DNA of 64,000 nucleotides from Bacteroidota bacterium (GTDB taxonomy: Bacteria > Bacteroidota > Bacteroidia > Chitinophagales > LD1). Within the stretch, counting starts at the first letter, position 1. Every line of letters begins with the position of its first letter. The notes beneath the pieces were generated by a model. It was not told where the DNA came from, ran no database searches, and was given only the letters and a program-made list of their open reading frames with translations. Shown piece by piece: positions 29,261 to 38,271 of the stretch. The translations under genes were made by a program, and so were the position numbers. The DNA lies in contig JAPLES010000023.1 of NCBI GenBank assembly GCA_026391075.1, positions 53,574-117,573 of the forward strand, given 5' to 3'.

Positions 29261-29953
29261 TTGTCAGATGCGAAACCGCTTTATCTGTTTTGTATGTTTG
29301 CAGCCAAACAAAATTCCTTGACTTCCGAATCTGCTCACCACTCTTTATACAAAACTGCTTTTGCCCTGAGCATTTTTACCATTATCTATAATATTAGCGA
29401 AGGACTTATCTCCACTTATTTCGGATTTGAAAATGATACGCTCGCGCTTTTCGGTTTTGGTTTGGATAGTTTTATAGAAGCCATTTCAGCAATTGGAATT
29501 GCACACATGATTATTCGGATTATGAAAAATGCCGGAAGCCCGCAAGATGAATTTGAAATAACTGCACTTAAAATTACGGGCTATTCGTTTTATGCTTTGT
29601 GTTTTGTGTTAGCCATAATGTGTGTGCAAAAAATAATAGCGCACGAAAATCCTTCGACCACTTTTTGGGGAATTGTGATTTCTTCTTTCTCCATTGTGGT
29701 TATGCTTGGAACTATTTACTGGAAAACTTCACTTGGCAAGAAATTAAATTCACGAGCATTAATTGCTGATGCGAACTGCGCCAAAGTTTGTGTGTATATG
29801 AGCGTGGTGCTCCTTGTTTCTAGTTTACTTTATCATTTTTTCCACATCCCTTACATTGATATTGTCGGAACTATTGGCATCATTTACTTTTCTTACAAAG
29901 AAGGAAAAGAATGTTTTGATAAAGCGAAAGGAATTCACTGTTGTGAGTTATGA
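29261..29953 (+). CDS. cation diffusion facilitator-type transporter lacking the CTD
   Basis: YNISEG, ALFGFGLDSFIE, ALIADA, six TMs. True start probably further downstream (29294 or TTG 29318). Confidence 0.8.
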   Translation: MSDAKPLYLFCMFAAKQNSLTSESAHHSLYKTAFALSIFTIIYNISEGLISTYFGFENDTLALFGFGLDSFIEAISAIGIAHMIIRIMKNAGSPQDEFEITALKITGYSFYALCFVLAIMCVQKIIAHENPSTTFWGIVISSFSIVVMLGTIYWKTSLGKKLNSRALIADANCAKVCVYMSVVLLVSSLLYHFFHIPYIDIVGTIGIIYFSYKEGKECFDKAKGIHCCEL

Positions 29954-29964
29954 GCATTAATAAG

Positions 29965-30001
29965 AAAGAGCTTATAGGTTTTAAAAACCTATAAGCTCTT
30001 T
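29965..30001. repeat. perfect 18-bp palindrome; REP or bidirectional terminator
   Basis: AAAGAGCTTATAGGTTTT-a-AAAACCTATAAGCTCTTT between convergent genes. Confidence 0.8.
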
Positions 30002-30008
30002 GGAAAAT

Positions 30009-30926
30009 TTATAACTCAAACAATCCTTCAATAGAAAGATAACGTTCTCCTGTATCGTAATTGAAACCGAGAATTGTTTTGCCTGCAGGAATTTCTGAAA
30101 GCTTTTTTGCAATAGCTGCGAGAGTGGCTCCCGATGAAACTCCGCCAAACAATGCTTCTTCTTTTGCAGCGCGAATAGTGTAATCGTAAGCTTCTTCTTT
30201 GGTTACCAAAATAACGCCATCCAAAATTTTTGTGTCGAGATTGTTTGGAATAAATCCTGCACCAATTCCCTGGATGGGATGTGGTGATGGTTGACCCCCA
30301 CTGATGACAGGAGAAGCTGCCGGCTCCACAGCAAATACTTTTGTGTTCGGAAATTTCTCTTTCAAAATTCTTCCAACACCTGTAATGTGTCCGCCTGTAC
30401 CTACTCCTGTAATCAAGTAGTCAACTCCGTTTGGAAAATCTTTTAAGATTTCTTGTGCTGTTGTGCGTACATGCACATCAATGTTTGCAGGATTATCGAA
30501 TTGTTGGGGAATCCAACTGTTCGGAGTGACAGCCGCCAATTCGTTTGCTTTTTCAATAGCGCCTTTCATTCCTTTTTCGCGCGGAGTTAGTTCAAAACTT
30601 GCACCGTATGCTTTCATCAATCTTCTTCTTTCTAAACTCATGCTTTCTGGCATTACTAAAATCAGTTTATATCCTTTTACTGCAGCTACAATTGCTAAAC
30701 CTATTCCTGTGTTGCCCGAAGTTGGTTCAATAATTACACTTCCTTTTTTGAGCAATCCTTTTTGCTCTGCATCTTCAATCATTGATAATGCGATGCGGTC
30801 TTTAATACTTCCGCCTGGGTTTTGCCGTTCAAGTTTTATCCAGACATCATGTGTTGTTCCGAATAATTTGTTGATATGTAAATGTGGTGTGTTGCCAATG
30901 GTTTCTAGAATGTTATTTGCTTTCAT
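30009..30926 (-). CDS. cysK: cysteine synthase A
   Basis: [12 protein letters not shown] lysine, [30 protein letters not shown]. Confidence 0.97.
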   Translation of the reverse strand: MKANNILETIGNTPHLHINKLFGTTHDVWIKLERQNPGGSIKDRIALSMIEDAEQKGLLKKGSVIIEPTSGNTGIGLAIVAAVKGYKLILVMPESMSLERRRLMKAYGASFELTPREKGMKGAIEKANELAAVTPNSWIPQQFDNPANIDVHVRTTAQEILKDFPNGVDYLITGVGTGGHITGVGRILKEKFPNTKVFAVEPAASPVISGGQPSPHPIQGIGAGFIPNNLDTKILDGVILVTKEEAYDYTIRAAKEEALFGGVSSGATLAAIAKKLSEIPAGKTILGFNYDTGERYLSIEGLFEL

Positions 30927-30950
30927 TTTATTATTGGTTTTGTTTTATAC

Positions 30951-31766
30951 TTAAATTATAAAGTCAATTACTTCGTTCATTTCGCTCTTGTCTCTTATGT
31001 GAACATCACTTTTGTGATAGACAATCGATAGAGGCGGCACACCTGAAGTGAGCCAAACATTCCCTCCAATTACACTACTGTGTCCAATCGTAGTTTCTCC
31101 ACCTAGAATGCAACTACCTGCGTAAATCAATACATCATCTTCAATAGTAGGATGGCGTTTTGCTCCTTTCGTTTCTTTGCGAACAGCCAACGCTCCAAGT
31201 GTAACGCCCTGATAAATTTTTACTCGATTACCAATGATAGTTGTCTGCCCAACAACCACACCAGTGCCGTGGTCAATAAAAAACGGATTGCCTATTTGCG
31301 CTCCGGGATGAATGTCAATTCCTGTTTTGTTGTGTGCGTACTCACTGATAACGCGAGGCACAATAGGCACATTCAGCTTTGACAATTCATGAGCCAAACG
31401 ATAAACAGTAATAGCGTAGAAACCCGGGTACGCAATAATCACTTCTTCAATTCCTTGGGCAGCTGGGTCACTCTGAATAAAAAATTCTGCATCGGTAATC
31501 AACTTGTTGTAGATGGAAGGAAGAGAGGCGAAAAATTTCTCAATGATTTCTTCAGATGAAAGAGTGAGTCTATCTGCCAATGGCTTTAGAATATCTTTTA
31601 AGTGACGAGCCAAACGCTCCTGTGTTTCTTCTGCTACTTCGTAGCGAAAAGTAAAGGTTGATTCAATCGGAAAAATCAAATCAATCAGTTCATCGGTGAA
31701 CTTGTGAATAAAAGCACGTGATGGAATAGTGCTGAAATCAATTTTTTCGGATGGTTGCACTTGCAT
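30951..31766 (-). CDS. cysE: serine O-acetyltransferase
   Basis: DPAA, YPG, TGIDIHPGAQIG, FIDHGTGVV, YQGVTLGA, KRHPT. Confidence 0.95.
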   Translation of the reverse strand: MQVQPSEKIDFSTIPSRAFIHKFTDELIDLIFPIESTFTFRYEVAEETQERLARHLKDILKPLADRLTLSSEEIIEKFFASLPSIYNKLITDAEFFIQSDPAAQGIEEVIIAYPGFYAITVYRLAHELSKLNVPIVPRVISEYAHNKTGIDIHPGAQIGNPFFIDHGTGVVVGQTTIIGNRVKIYQGVTLGALAVRKETKGAKRHPTIEDDVLIYAGSCILGGETTIGHSSVIGGNVWLTSGVPPLSIVYHKSDVHIRDKSEMNEVIDFII

Positions 31767-31784
31767 GGTTTAAATTTTTAGAAT

Positions 31785-31812
31785 AAAAAACCCTTCGTGG
31801 TAGCGAAGGGTT
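31785..31812 (-). terminator. intrinsic terminator (attenuator) in the cysE leader
   Basis: Minus strand AACCCTTCG-ctacca-CGAAGGG followed by TTTTTT, 18 nt before the cysE ATG. Confidence 0.85.
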
Positions 31813-31853
31813 CAGAAATATTTTTTGAAATCGTTTACTAATTACAAAATGTA

Positions 31854-31907
31854 TTAACAGCCCCTGTAAGGAGAACAACAGCAACGCATATTTTGTAAAC
31901 GTATCAT
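31854..31907 (-). CDS. putative Cys-rich attenuator leader peptide (17 aa)
   Basis: ATG ATA CGT TTA CAA AAT ATG CGT TGC TGT TGT TCT CCT TAC AGG GGC TGT TAA = MIRLQNMRCCCSPYRGC*. Confidence 0.8.
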   Translation of the reverse strand: MIRLQNMRCCCSPYRGC

Positions 31908-31998
31908 TGGGCTAAAATAGAAATTTCCTTTTACTGCAAAATTATTTTAGAAAATTCACCCTGTAATTATTGTTATTCTTGTTCAACAAACCATTTGA

Positions 31999-32823
31999 AT
32001 GACCTATCACTGTTTTGAATTTTTTACGCGCGATGAAGTGGAACGCGATTGGCTCATTTCCATTTTAAGCGATTTTCATTTTGAAGGTTTCGAAGAAACT
32101 TCCGATTCGCTCAAAGGATTTGTGTATGCCGATAAAATAACCAACGACAAGGTAGCCGAGATTCTTGCCGACAATGAATTCGCACATATTGAATTCACAT
32201 CTTCAGCAATTGAACAAAAAAACTGGAATGAAGAATGGGAGAAAAATTTTGAGCTCGTTTTAATTGCTGAACGTGTTGCTATACGCGCACCTTTCCATGA
32301 AAAGCAGAATGCAGAATTCGAAATTATCATTGAACCCAAAATGAGTTTCGGCACGGGGCATCATGCTACAACTGCAGGAGTTATTGAGTTAATGCTTACT
32401 GAAAATTTCGAAAACAAAAGCGTGCTTGACTTCGGCAGCGGCACAGGTGTGCTCGCCATTCTTGCTGAAAAGTTGAAAGCAAAATCTGTTTTTGCAATTG
32501 ATAATGAAGAATGGGCTTACCATAACTGTATAGAGAATGTGCAACGCAATAATTGCCAAGTCATAAAAACTGTTCAAGGAGATACCCAATACGCTTTCAA
32601 CGAAAAATTTGATGTTATTTTAGCCAACATCAACCGCAACGTTATTCTGAGCAACATTCACAAGTGGAAAAGTTTGCTGAGTGAAAAAGGAATATTGCTC
32701 GTGAGCGGAATATTATTGAACGATGAAAAGGATGTGGTGGCAGAAGCCCGAAAAAACAGTGTATCCCCCAAATCAATTATCAGAAACAATGGCTGGTTAG
32801 CCATTTCATTTCAACTACTTTAA
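31999..32823 (+). CDS. prmA: ribosomal protein L11 methyltransferase
   Basis: NWNEEW, PKMSFGTGHHATT, LDFGSGTGVL, ILANIN. Confidence 0.95.
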   Translation: MTYHCFEFFTRDEVERDWLISILSDFHFEGFEETSDSLKGFVYADKITNDKVAEILADNEFAHIEFTSSAIEQKNWNEEWEKNFELVLIAERVAIRAPFHEKQNAEFEIIIEPKMSFGTGHHATTAGVIELMLTENFENKSVLDFGSGTGVLAILAEKLKAKSVFAIDNEEWAYHNCIENVQRNNCQVIKTVQGDTQYAFNEKFDVILANINRNVILSNIHKWKSLLSEKGILLVSGILLNDEKDVVAEARKNSVSPKSIIRNNGWLAISFQLL

Positions 32824-32841
32824 GCAAAAAATATTTTCAGC

Positions 32842-35800
32842 ATGAAAAGAATTTCATTCTCGCTTCTACTTTTCTTATTTGTTAGCACACAGGCGCAACA
32901 AGTGACTATGACCTTTTCTAAAGAACAAGGTCAGTTTATTAAGGACTTGGGTTCGTTTATGACAGCCAATAAAATGGAGCAGTGCGTAAACACCATGAAT
33001 GCTATTGAAAAAGTAGCCAAGGATGGAAAAATACCGTCTTCCTGGTTTGAGCAAATGTCGAAAACATGTAACTTAATGACTGAGCGTAACATGAGTGCAT
33101 ACACGCATTTTGTTCCGTATTTAAATGCGGTAATGAGTGCTGCAAAAAATGGCATTAGCGATAGCGAGTTTTCGTCTTGGTCAAATTTTTTAGGCGATAT
33201 AATCGAGGCACAGAAGAAAGGCGACAACGGTGGTTTTTTAAAAACGATAGATTTCTCTACCGGCTTTTTTGAGCTTGGTGCGCTGGATGTTACACCGGCA
33301 AAAACGTGGAAGGTAGATACTAGAAATTGCACGTTCAATTCAGAAGGATTGCGCCCACATGTAACCTTTGGAGTTACCACACTTGTGGGTGCAGTGAAGG
33401 GCGATTCGGTCATGATTAAACAAACGTCAGGTGATTATTATCCGCTCGAAAATAAGTGGGAAGGAAATTCGGGGCGCGTTGATTGGGCACGCGGTTCGCT
33501 CGACCCTAATAAAGTTTATTGCACCTTTAAAAATTACACTGTTAATTGTACAAACTTCAACTACATAGTTGACACGGTTACCTTTTATCATACCGATTAT
33601 TTCAAAACTGCACTCACCGGTAAACTGCTTGATAAAATGGTTTCGAGTGCCGACTCTTCAACCATGAGTTATCCGCGTTTTGAATCGTATGACATGGGCA
33701 TTACAGTAAAAGATATTGCACCCAATGTTTCTTACACCGGAGGATTCAGTTTGTATGGAGGAAAAGTTTTGGGTTATGGAACACCCGAAGAAAAAGCGAT
33801 GCTTACGTTTTATGCGCGCGATGGAAAAACAAGAGTGCTCTCTGCAAAATCATCTTCCATTTCAGTAAAGAAAGGTGAAGAGTTAGGTGCCGATAAAGCT
33901 GAGGTGAGTATTTATTTCGGAACCGATTCCATTTACCATCCGCAGTTAAGTGTGGTCTATAAAATCAAGAAACGCGAAATTCGTTTGCTGCGTGGTGAAA
34001 CGGGAATGGGCAAAGCAAAATTCATGGACTCGTATCACAATCATGAATTTCAAACCGATGCTATTTTTTGGAATTTAGATTCATCGGTTTTGAATCTGAA
34101 AATTCTTTCAGGTGCAGGGCAGAAGCCCGGAATTTTTGAATCGGTAAACTATTTTCAAAAAGAATTGATTCGCAAAACACAAGGCTTTGCATCGTATGAA
34201 CCTCTTTCTGTTTTGAAAAAACTTTATGAGAAGTACGGTTCGCGCGATTTAAATGCAACAGACGTAGCGCGTTCACTCGATCCAAATTTGAAAGAAGGAG
34301 AATTGAAATCGCTCCTCTACAGTTTGGTGGAAAATGGTTTTGTACTTTACAACGAAGGCACCGGAGTTATTACTGTAAAAGACAAAACACTAAACTATGT
34401 TTTGGCGAATGCAAAAAAAATTGATTACGATATTATTCGAATTAAATCGGCTCCTGCTTCGGGTAACGACTACATTGATTTGAAGAGTAGTAATATTGAT
34501 TTGAAAGGCGTGCAGGAAGTGCCTATCAGCGATTCCAGCTTTGTTTATTTCCGTCCAAAAAACAACGCCATTAGTTTGCAGAAAGACCGCAACATGGAGT
34601 TCAACGGATTGATTTATGCTGGAAGAATGGATTTGTATGGCGAGAAATACAAATTTCAATATGCGCCTTTCACCGTTGATTTGTTGAAGGTGGACACCAT
34701 GCGAATCAACGTGCAAGACAGCGGAAAGGTGGACGGCTACGGAAATCCGATTTTGAAAATGCTGAAATCGAAAGTGGAAGGCATGAAAGGCTTGCTGGAA
34801 ATTGATGCGCCTATCAATAAATCAGGCAGAACAAAATTGCCGCAGTTTCCAAGATTGTATAGTCGCGAAAAATCGTACATCTATTATGATGATTCTACGG
34901 TGGCAAAAGGAGCATATAACCGCAAGAGTTTTTATTTCGAGTTAGATCCTTTTCGCTTAGACAGCTTGAATAATTTCAGTGGCGATATCATTAACTGGAA
35001 AGGAAAATTTTCTTCAGGGGGAATTTTGCCCGACCTGCGCGACAGTGTAAAAATACAAGCCGATGGTTCGCTCGGTTTTAAATCTGAAACACCTAAAGAA
35101 GGGTACGATTTATACAAAGGCAAAGGAAAATATTACGGCAAGTTTGAATTGAAATATGCAGGGCTTGAAGGCGATGGAAGAATTACGCACTCCACAGCCG
35201 ATTTTATTAGCCACGATACCCGCTTTTATCCTGATTCTATGTTAGGCACCACAGATAGTTTTGCGATTGCAAAAACTTTTGAAGGGGTAAAAACACCGGC
35301 TGTAAAAGGTCACAACGATCGCATTTTTTGGAAACCGAATTCAGATAGCATGCACATTTACATGAACAGCAAAGACGAACCATTTGCTATGTATGATGAT
35401 GGATTTACTTCGTTCAAAGGTGATTTGTTGTTGACCGGAAAAGGATTGCGAGGAAACGGTTTGCTCGATTGGGATGAAGCTACACTGTCTTCTAAAGATT
35501 TCAGTTTTCAAACCATGAATCTTTCGGCTGATACTTCTGCACTCAATATTAAATCAACAGGTGATAGAGTAACTTTCAAAACGCCAAACGTAAATGCCAA
35601 AGTTGATTTCAAAACGCGTATTGGTGATTTTGTTTCGAACCAAAAAAATATTCCTACCGAATTTTCATACAATCAGTACACCACGGCCATCAATCAATTC
35701 AAATGGTTGATGGACGAAAAAATTCTTGACTTCAAAGCACCACCACAAGGACCCGGAGAATATTTTGTTTCTACACGTCCCGATCAAAAAGGGTTGAAGT

Positions 35801-37839
35801 TTTTGGGCAAACGCGCTACCTACAGTTTGATAACATCTATCATTCGCTGCGAAGGTGTACCTGAAATTCGAGTGGCAGATGCCAGTGTTATTCCTGATAG
35901 CGGAGTGGTGATTATTCAGCCCGAAGCAAAAATGGAACAGTTGCACAACGCAACTATTGTTGCCGATACGATTAAGAAATGGCACAAAATTGAAAAAGCA
36001 ACTGTTGATATTTACAGCAAGCAGGAGTTGAAAGCTGTAGGAGAATATCACTACAACACCAAAGACATAAAGCAAATCATCAACCTCACCGATATTTCGT
36101 GCAAGAAAGACGTTGAAGGTGCACGCAAGCGCAAACAGGTAGAAATTTGGACTCTGCTTGCAAAAGCAAACATACCTGCCACCCAAAATTTTGTGTTATA
36201 TCCAAATGTAAAATTCAATGGCGATGTAGCGTTGAAATCACTTAATCAGTATTTGAATTTTAAAGGGTATGCAAAAATTGATTTGACCTATCCAAAGGCA
36301 ACTACTTCCGATTTCTTTATTACGCAGGATGTAAGTCCTGAAAAACTGGAATTGAAATATGATAGTGTGAGAAGCAGCGATGGCAATATGTTGAGCGCAG
36401 GAATTCATTTACATCCTGCTGATGATGCGCCTGCTATGTACACTACGCTCATGGCACCTAAAGGCGAAGCGAACGATATCACTTTATTCAAGTCAACTGG
36501 AATCATTACGCAAAGCACAACAGGAGAATATTTGTTCGGCAATGAGAAAAAAATTAAAGACAATGCAACACGCGGAAATGTGATTCGCTATGATGATAAG
36601 AAGGGAATTGCCAAAGCAGAAGGAAGATTTAACCTCGGCACCAATTTCGGAATTATAAAAACGAAAGCCGCAGGTAGTGCCGAAGTAATGCTCGATAGCG
36701 CGAAATATAAATTCAATCTCACTTTTGGTATTGATGCAAAGATGGATGATAAAATGCAGGAGAAATTTGAATTTTATATGGCCGGTGATAATGCCGATGC
36801 TAACGACATAAGCTACGAAAACGAGAAACAGAAAAAAGCTATTTACGATTTGTGTGGCGATAAGGAAGACAAAAAGCTATTGCAGGATTTTGAAGTGCAG
36901 CCTGTGTTTAACAAACGCCCAAAAGATTTCAATTACAACATGGTGTTTAGCGATGTGAATTTTGTTTACGACCCTGATGATATTTCTCTGCGAAGCGTGG
37001 GAAAAATTGGTGTAGCGATGCTCGGTAAAAAAGTGATCAATAAAAAAATTGACGGCTATATCGAAATTCAGTACAAAGGTGGAGCAGATTTGTTTACCAT
37101 CTATCTGCAAACGGGAACAAAAGATTGGTTCTATTTTGAATATCGTCCAGGCACACTCGGCATTTTATCTTCGTATGATGTCATCAATACCATGATAGGA
37201 AGTACAGACCCGCAGAAGCGAAAAATAAAAGGCGACAAAGACCGCTTCTATCTTTACACGCTTGGCTCTAGCATGAACAAAGTTGATTTTTGTGATTACA
37301 TGAAAGACAAAGCAAACGGAATTAACCGCCCGCGCTTTGAACCTAAATTAGATATTCCTATTCCGGGCGATTCTGCTTTGCTGAACGATACCCTAAGCAC
37401 GATTGATTTCAAAAAAGATAATCAACCTAACTTAGATTATGAGCAGCAATTAAAAATGGAAGAGCAACAGGAAAAGCAACAACAGCAGCAACAAATTGAT
37501 GAGTTGGAGCAAATGAAAATGAACAACGAAAGTATTTTCAGCGCACCGCCACCGGGAAGAACAGAACCTAAAACTGAAACTCCTAAAGAGGAACCGAAAC
37601 CCGAAGCACCGAAAGAAGAAATGAAACAAGAAACTGTTCCTGTAGAAACTCCACCAGTACAAGAGGCACCAAAAGAAGTTCCAAAGGAAGAACCGAAGAT
37701 TGAAACTCCTCCGGTTCAAGAAGCTCCAAAAGAAACTCCAAAGGAGGAACCTAAAGTAGAAACACCTCCTGTGCAAGAAGCACCGAAAGTTGAAGAACCA
37801 AAGCCAGTAGCTACACCGCAAGATTCTATTCCAAAATAA
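32842..37839 (+). CDS. large exported beta-rich protein of unknown function (1665 aa) with Pro/Glu-rich tail
   Basis: Signal peptide, long open frame, alternating beta-strand patterns; no catalytic motif recognised. Confidence 0.85.
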   Translation: MKRISFSLLLFLFVSTQAQQVTMTFSKEQGQFIKDLGSFMTANKMEQCVNTMNAIEKVAKDGKIPSSWFEQMSKTCNLMTERNMSAYTHFVPYLNAVMSAAKNGISDSEFSSWSNFLGDIIEAQKKGDNGGFLKTIDFSTGFFELGALDVTPAKTWKVDTRNCTFNSEGLRPHVTFGVTTLVGAVKGDSVMIKQTSGDYYPLENKWEGNSGRVDWARGSLDPNKVYCTFKNYTVNCTNFNYIVDTVTFYHTDYFKTALTGKLLDKMVSSADSSTMSYPRFESYDMGITVKDIAPNVSYTGGFSLYGGKVLGYGTPEEKAMLTFYARDGKTRVLSAKSSSISVKKGEELGADKAEVSIYFGTDSIYHPQLSVVYKIKKREIRLLRGETGMGKAKFMDSYHNHEFQTDAIFWNLDSSVLNLKILSGAGQKPGIFESVNYFQKELIRKTQGFASYEPLSVLKKLYEKYGSRDLNATDVARSLDPNLKEGELKSLLYSLVENGFVLYNEGTGVITVKDKTLNYVLANAKKIDYDIIRIKSAPASGNDYIDLKSSNIDLKGVQEVPISDSSFVYFRPKNNAISLQKDRNMEFNGLIYAGRMDLYGEKYKFQYAPFTVDLLKVDTMRINVQDSGKVDGYGNPILKMLKSKVEGMKGLLEIDAPINKSGRTKLPQFPRLYSREKSYIYYDDSTVAKGAYNRKSFYFELDPFRLDSLNNFSGDIINWKGKFSSGGILPDLRDSVKIQADGSLGFKSETPKEGYDLYKGKGKYYGKFELKYAGLEGDGRITHSTADFISHDTRFYPDSMLGTTDSFAIAKTFEGVKTPAVKGHNDRIFWKPNSDSMHIYMNSKDEPFAMYDDGFTSFKGDLLLTGKGLRGNGLLDWDEATLSSKDFSFQTMNLSADTSALNIKSTGDRVTFKTPNVNAKVDFKTRIGDFVSNQKNIPTEFSYNQYTTAINQFKWLMDEKILDFKAPPQGPGEYFVSTRPDQKGLKFLGKRATYSLITSIIRCEGVPEIRVADASVIPDSGVVIIQPEAKMEQLHNATIVADTIKKWHKIEKATVDIYSKQELKAVGEYHYNTKDIKQIINLTDISCKKDVEGARKRKQVEIWTLLAKANIPATQNFVLYPNVKFNGDVALKSLNQYLNFKGYAKIDLTYPKATTSDFFITQDVSPEKLELKYDSVRSSDGNMLSAGIHLHPADDAPAMYTTLMAPKGEANDITLFKSTGIITQSTTGEYLFGNEKKIKDNATRGNVIRYDDKKGIAKAEGRFNLGTNFGIIKTKAAGSAEVMLDSAKYKFNLTFGIDAKMDDKMQEKFEFYMAGDNADANDISYENEKQKKAIYDLCGDKEDKKLLQDFEVQPVFNKRPKDFNYNMVFSDVNFVYDPDDISLRSVGKIGVAMLGKKVINKKIDGYIEIQYKGGADLFTIYLQTGTKDWFYFEYRPGTLGILSSYDVINTMIGSTDPQKRKIKGDKDRFYLYTLGSSMNKVDFCDYMKDKANGINRPRFEPKLDIPIPGDSALLNDTLSTIDFKKDNQPNLDYEQQLKMEEQQEKQQQQQQIDELEQMKMNNESIFSAPPPGRTEPKTETPKEEPKPEAPKEEMKQETVPVETPPVQEAPKEVPKEEPKIETPPVQEAPKETPKEEPKVETPPVQEAPKVEEPKPVATPQDSIPK
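37645..37790 (+). repeat. 57-nt (19-aa) coding tandem repeat, about 2.5 copies
   Basis: ETPPVQEAPKE(V/T)PKEEPK(I/V) units start at 37645, 37702 and 37759. Confidence 0.9.
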
Positions 37840-37884
37840 AAGAGAAGAGCCGAAGTTTTTCAAACTTCGGCTCTTCTCTTTTAT
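37836..37884. terminator. perfect 23-bp inverted repeat; bidirectional terminator or REP
   Basis: ATAAAAGAGAAGAGCCGAAGTTT-ttc-AAACTTCGGCTCTTCTCTTTTAT. Confidence 0.85.
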
Positions 37885-37899
37885 CGCAATTCAATTTTG

Positions 37900-38253
37900 C
37901 TATTTCAATTTCGCAGCTAAAGTTCCTGTTAACGCGCCAAAGCCACTCACTAAACCACCAATCAATCCTGTCAATAAATAAATAGTAGTAACACTTCCTT
38001 TGGTTAATTGTTTTAATAGTTCAGCAACCTTAATGGCAAGAATATTTTCGTTTGCGCTTGAAAGCAGATAAGCATAAACAACCCACAACAAAAACACAGC
38101 AACAAATGCCGAAAGAAAAGCAGCCAAGGAATTTTGTTTGATATAGTAAGCAACTGCAAATGCTGCCAAAACAGTCGTCCACCACGGGAGAAATAGTTGC
38201 AGGATGCAGGATGCAGCGGCAGTAAGCAGAAGAGAGAGGAAAAAGTTTTTCAT
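37900..38253 (-). CDS. small membrane protein
   Basis: Hydrophobic throughout; LPWW and TGLIGGLVSG motifs; directly downstream of the acylase. Confidence 0.75.
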   Translation of the reverse strand: MKNFFLSLLLTAAASCILQLFLPWWTTVLAAFAVAYYIKQNSLAAFLSAFVAVFLLWVVYAYLLSSANENILAIKVAELLKQLTKGSVTTIYLLTGLIGGLVSGFGALTGTLAAKLK

Positions 38254-38271
38254 GGGAATAGTATTAAGGTG

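Noticed and set aside
37645-37790. Regularly spaced repeats as a CRISPR array
   Set aside because: Contiguous 57-nt in-frame coding repeats with no unique spacers and no cas genes
37450-37863. 137-aa Phe/Arg/Leu-rich minus-strand ORF
   Set aside because: Antisense shadow of the Pro/Glu/Lys repeat tail of the 1665-aa gene
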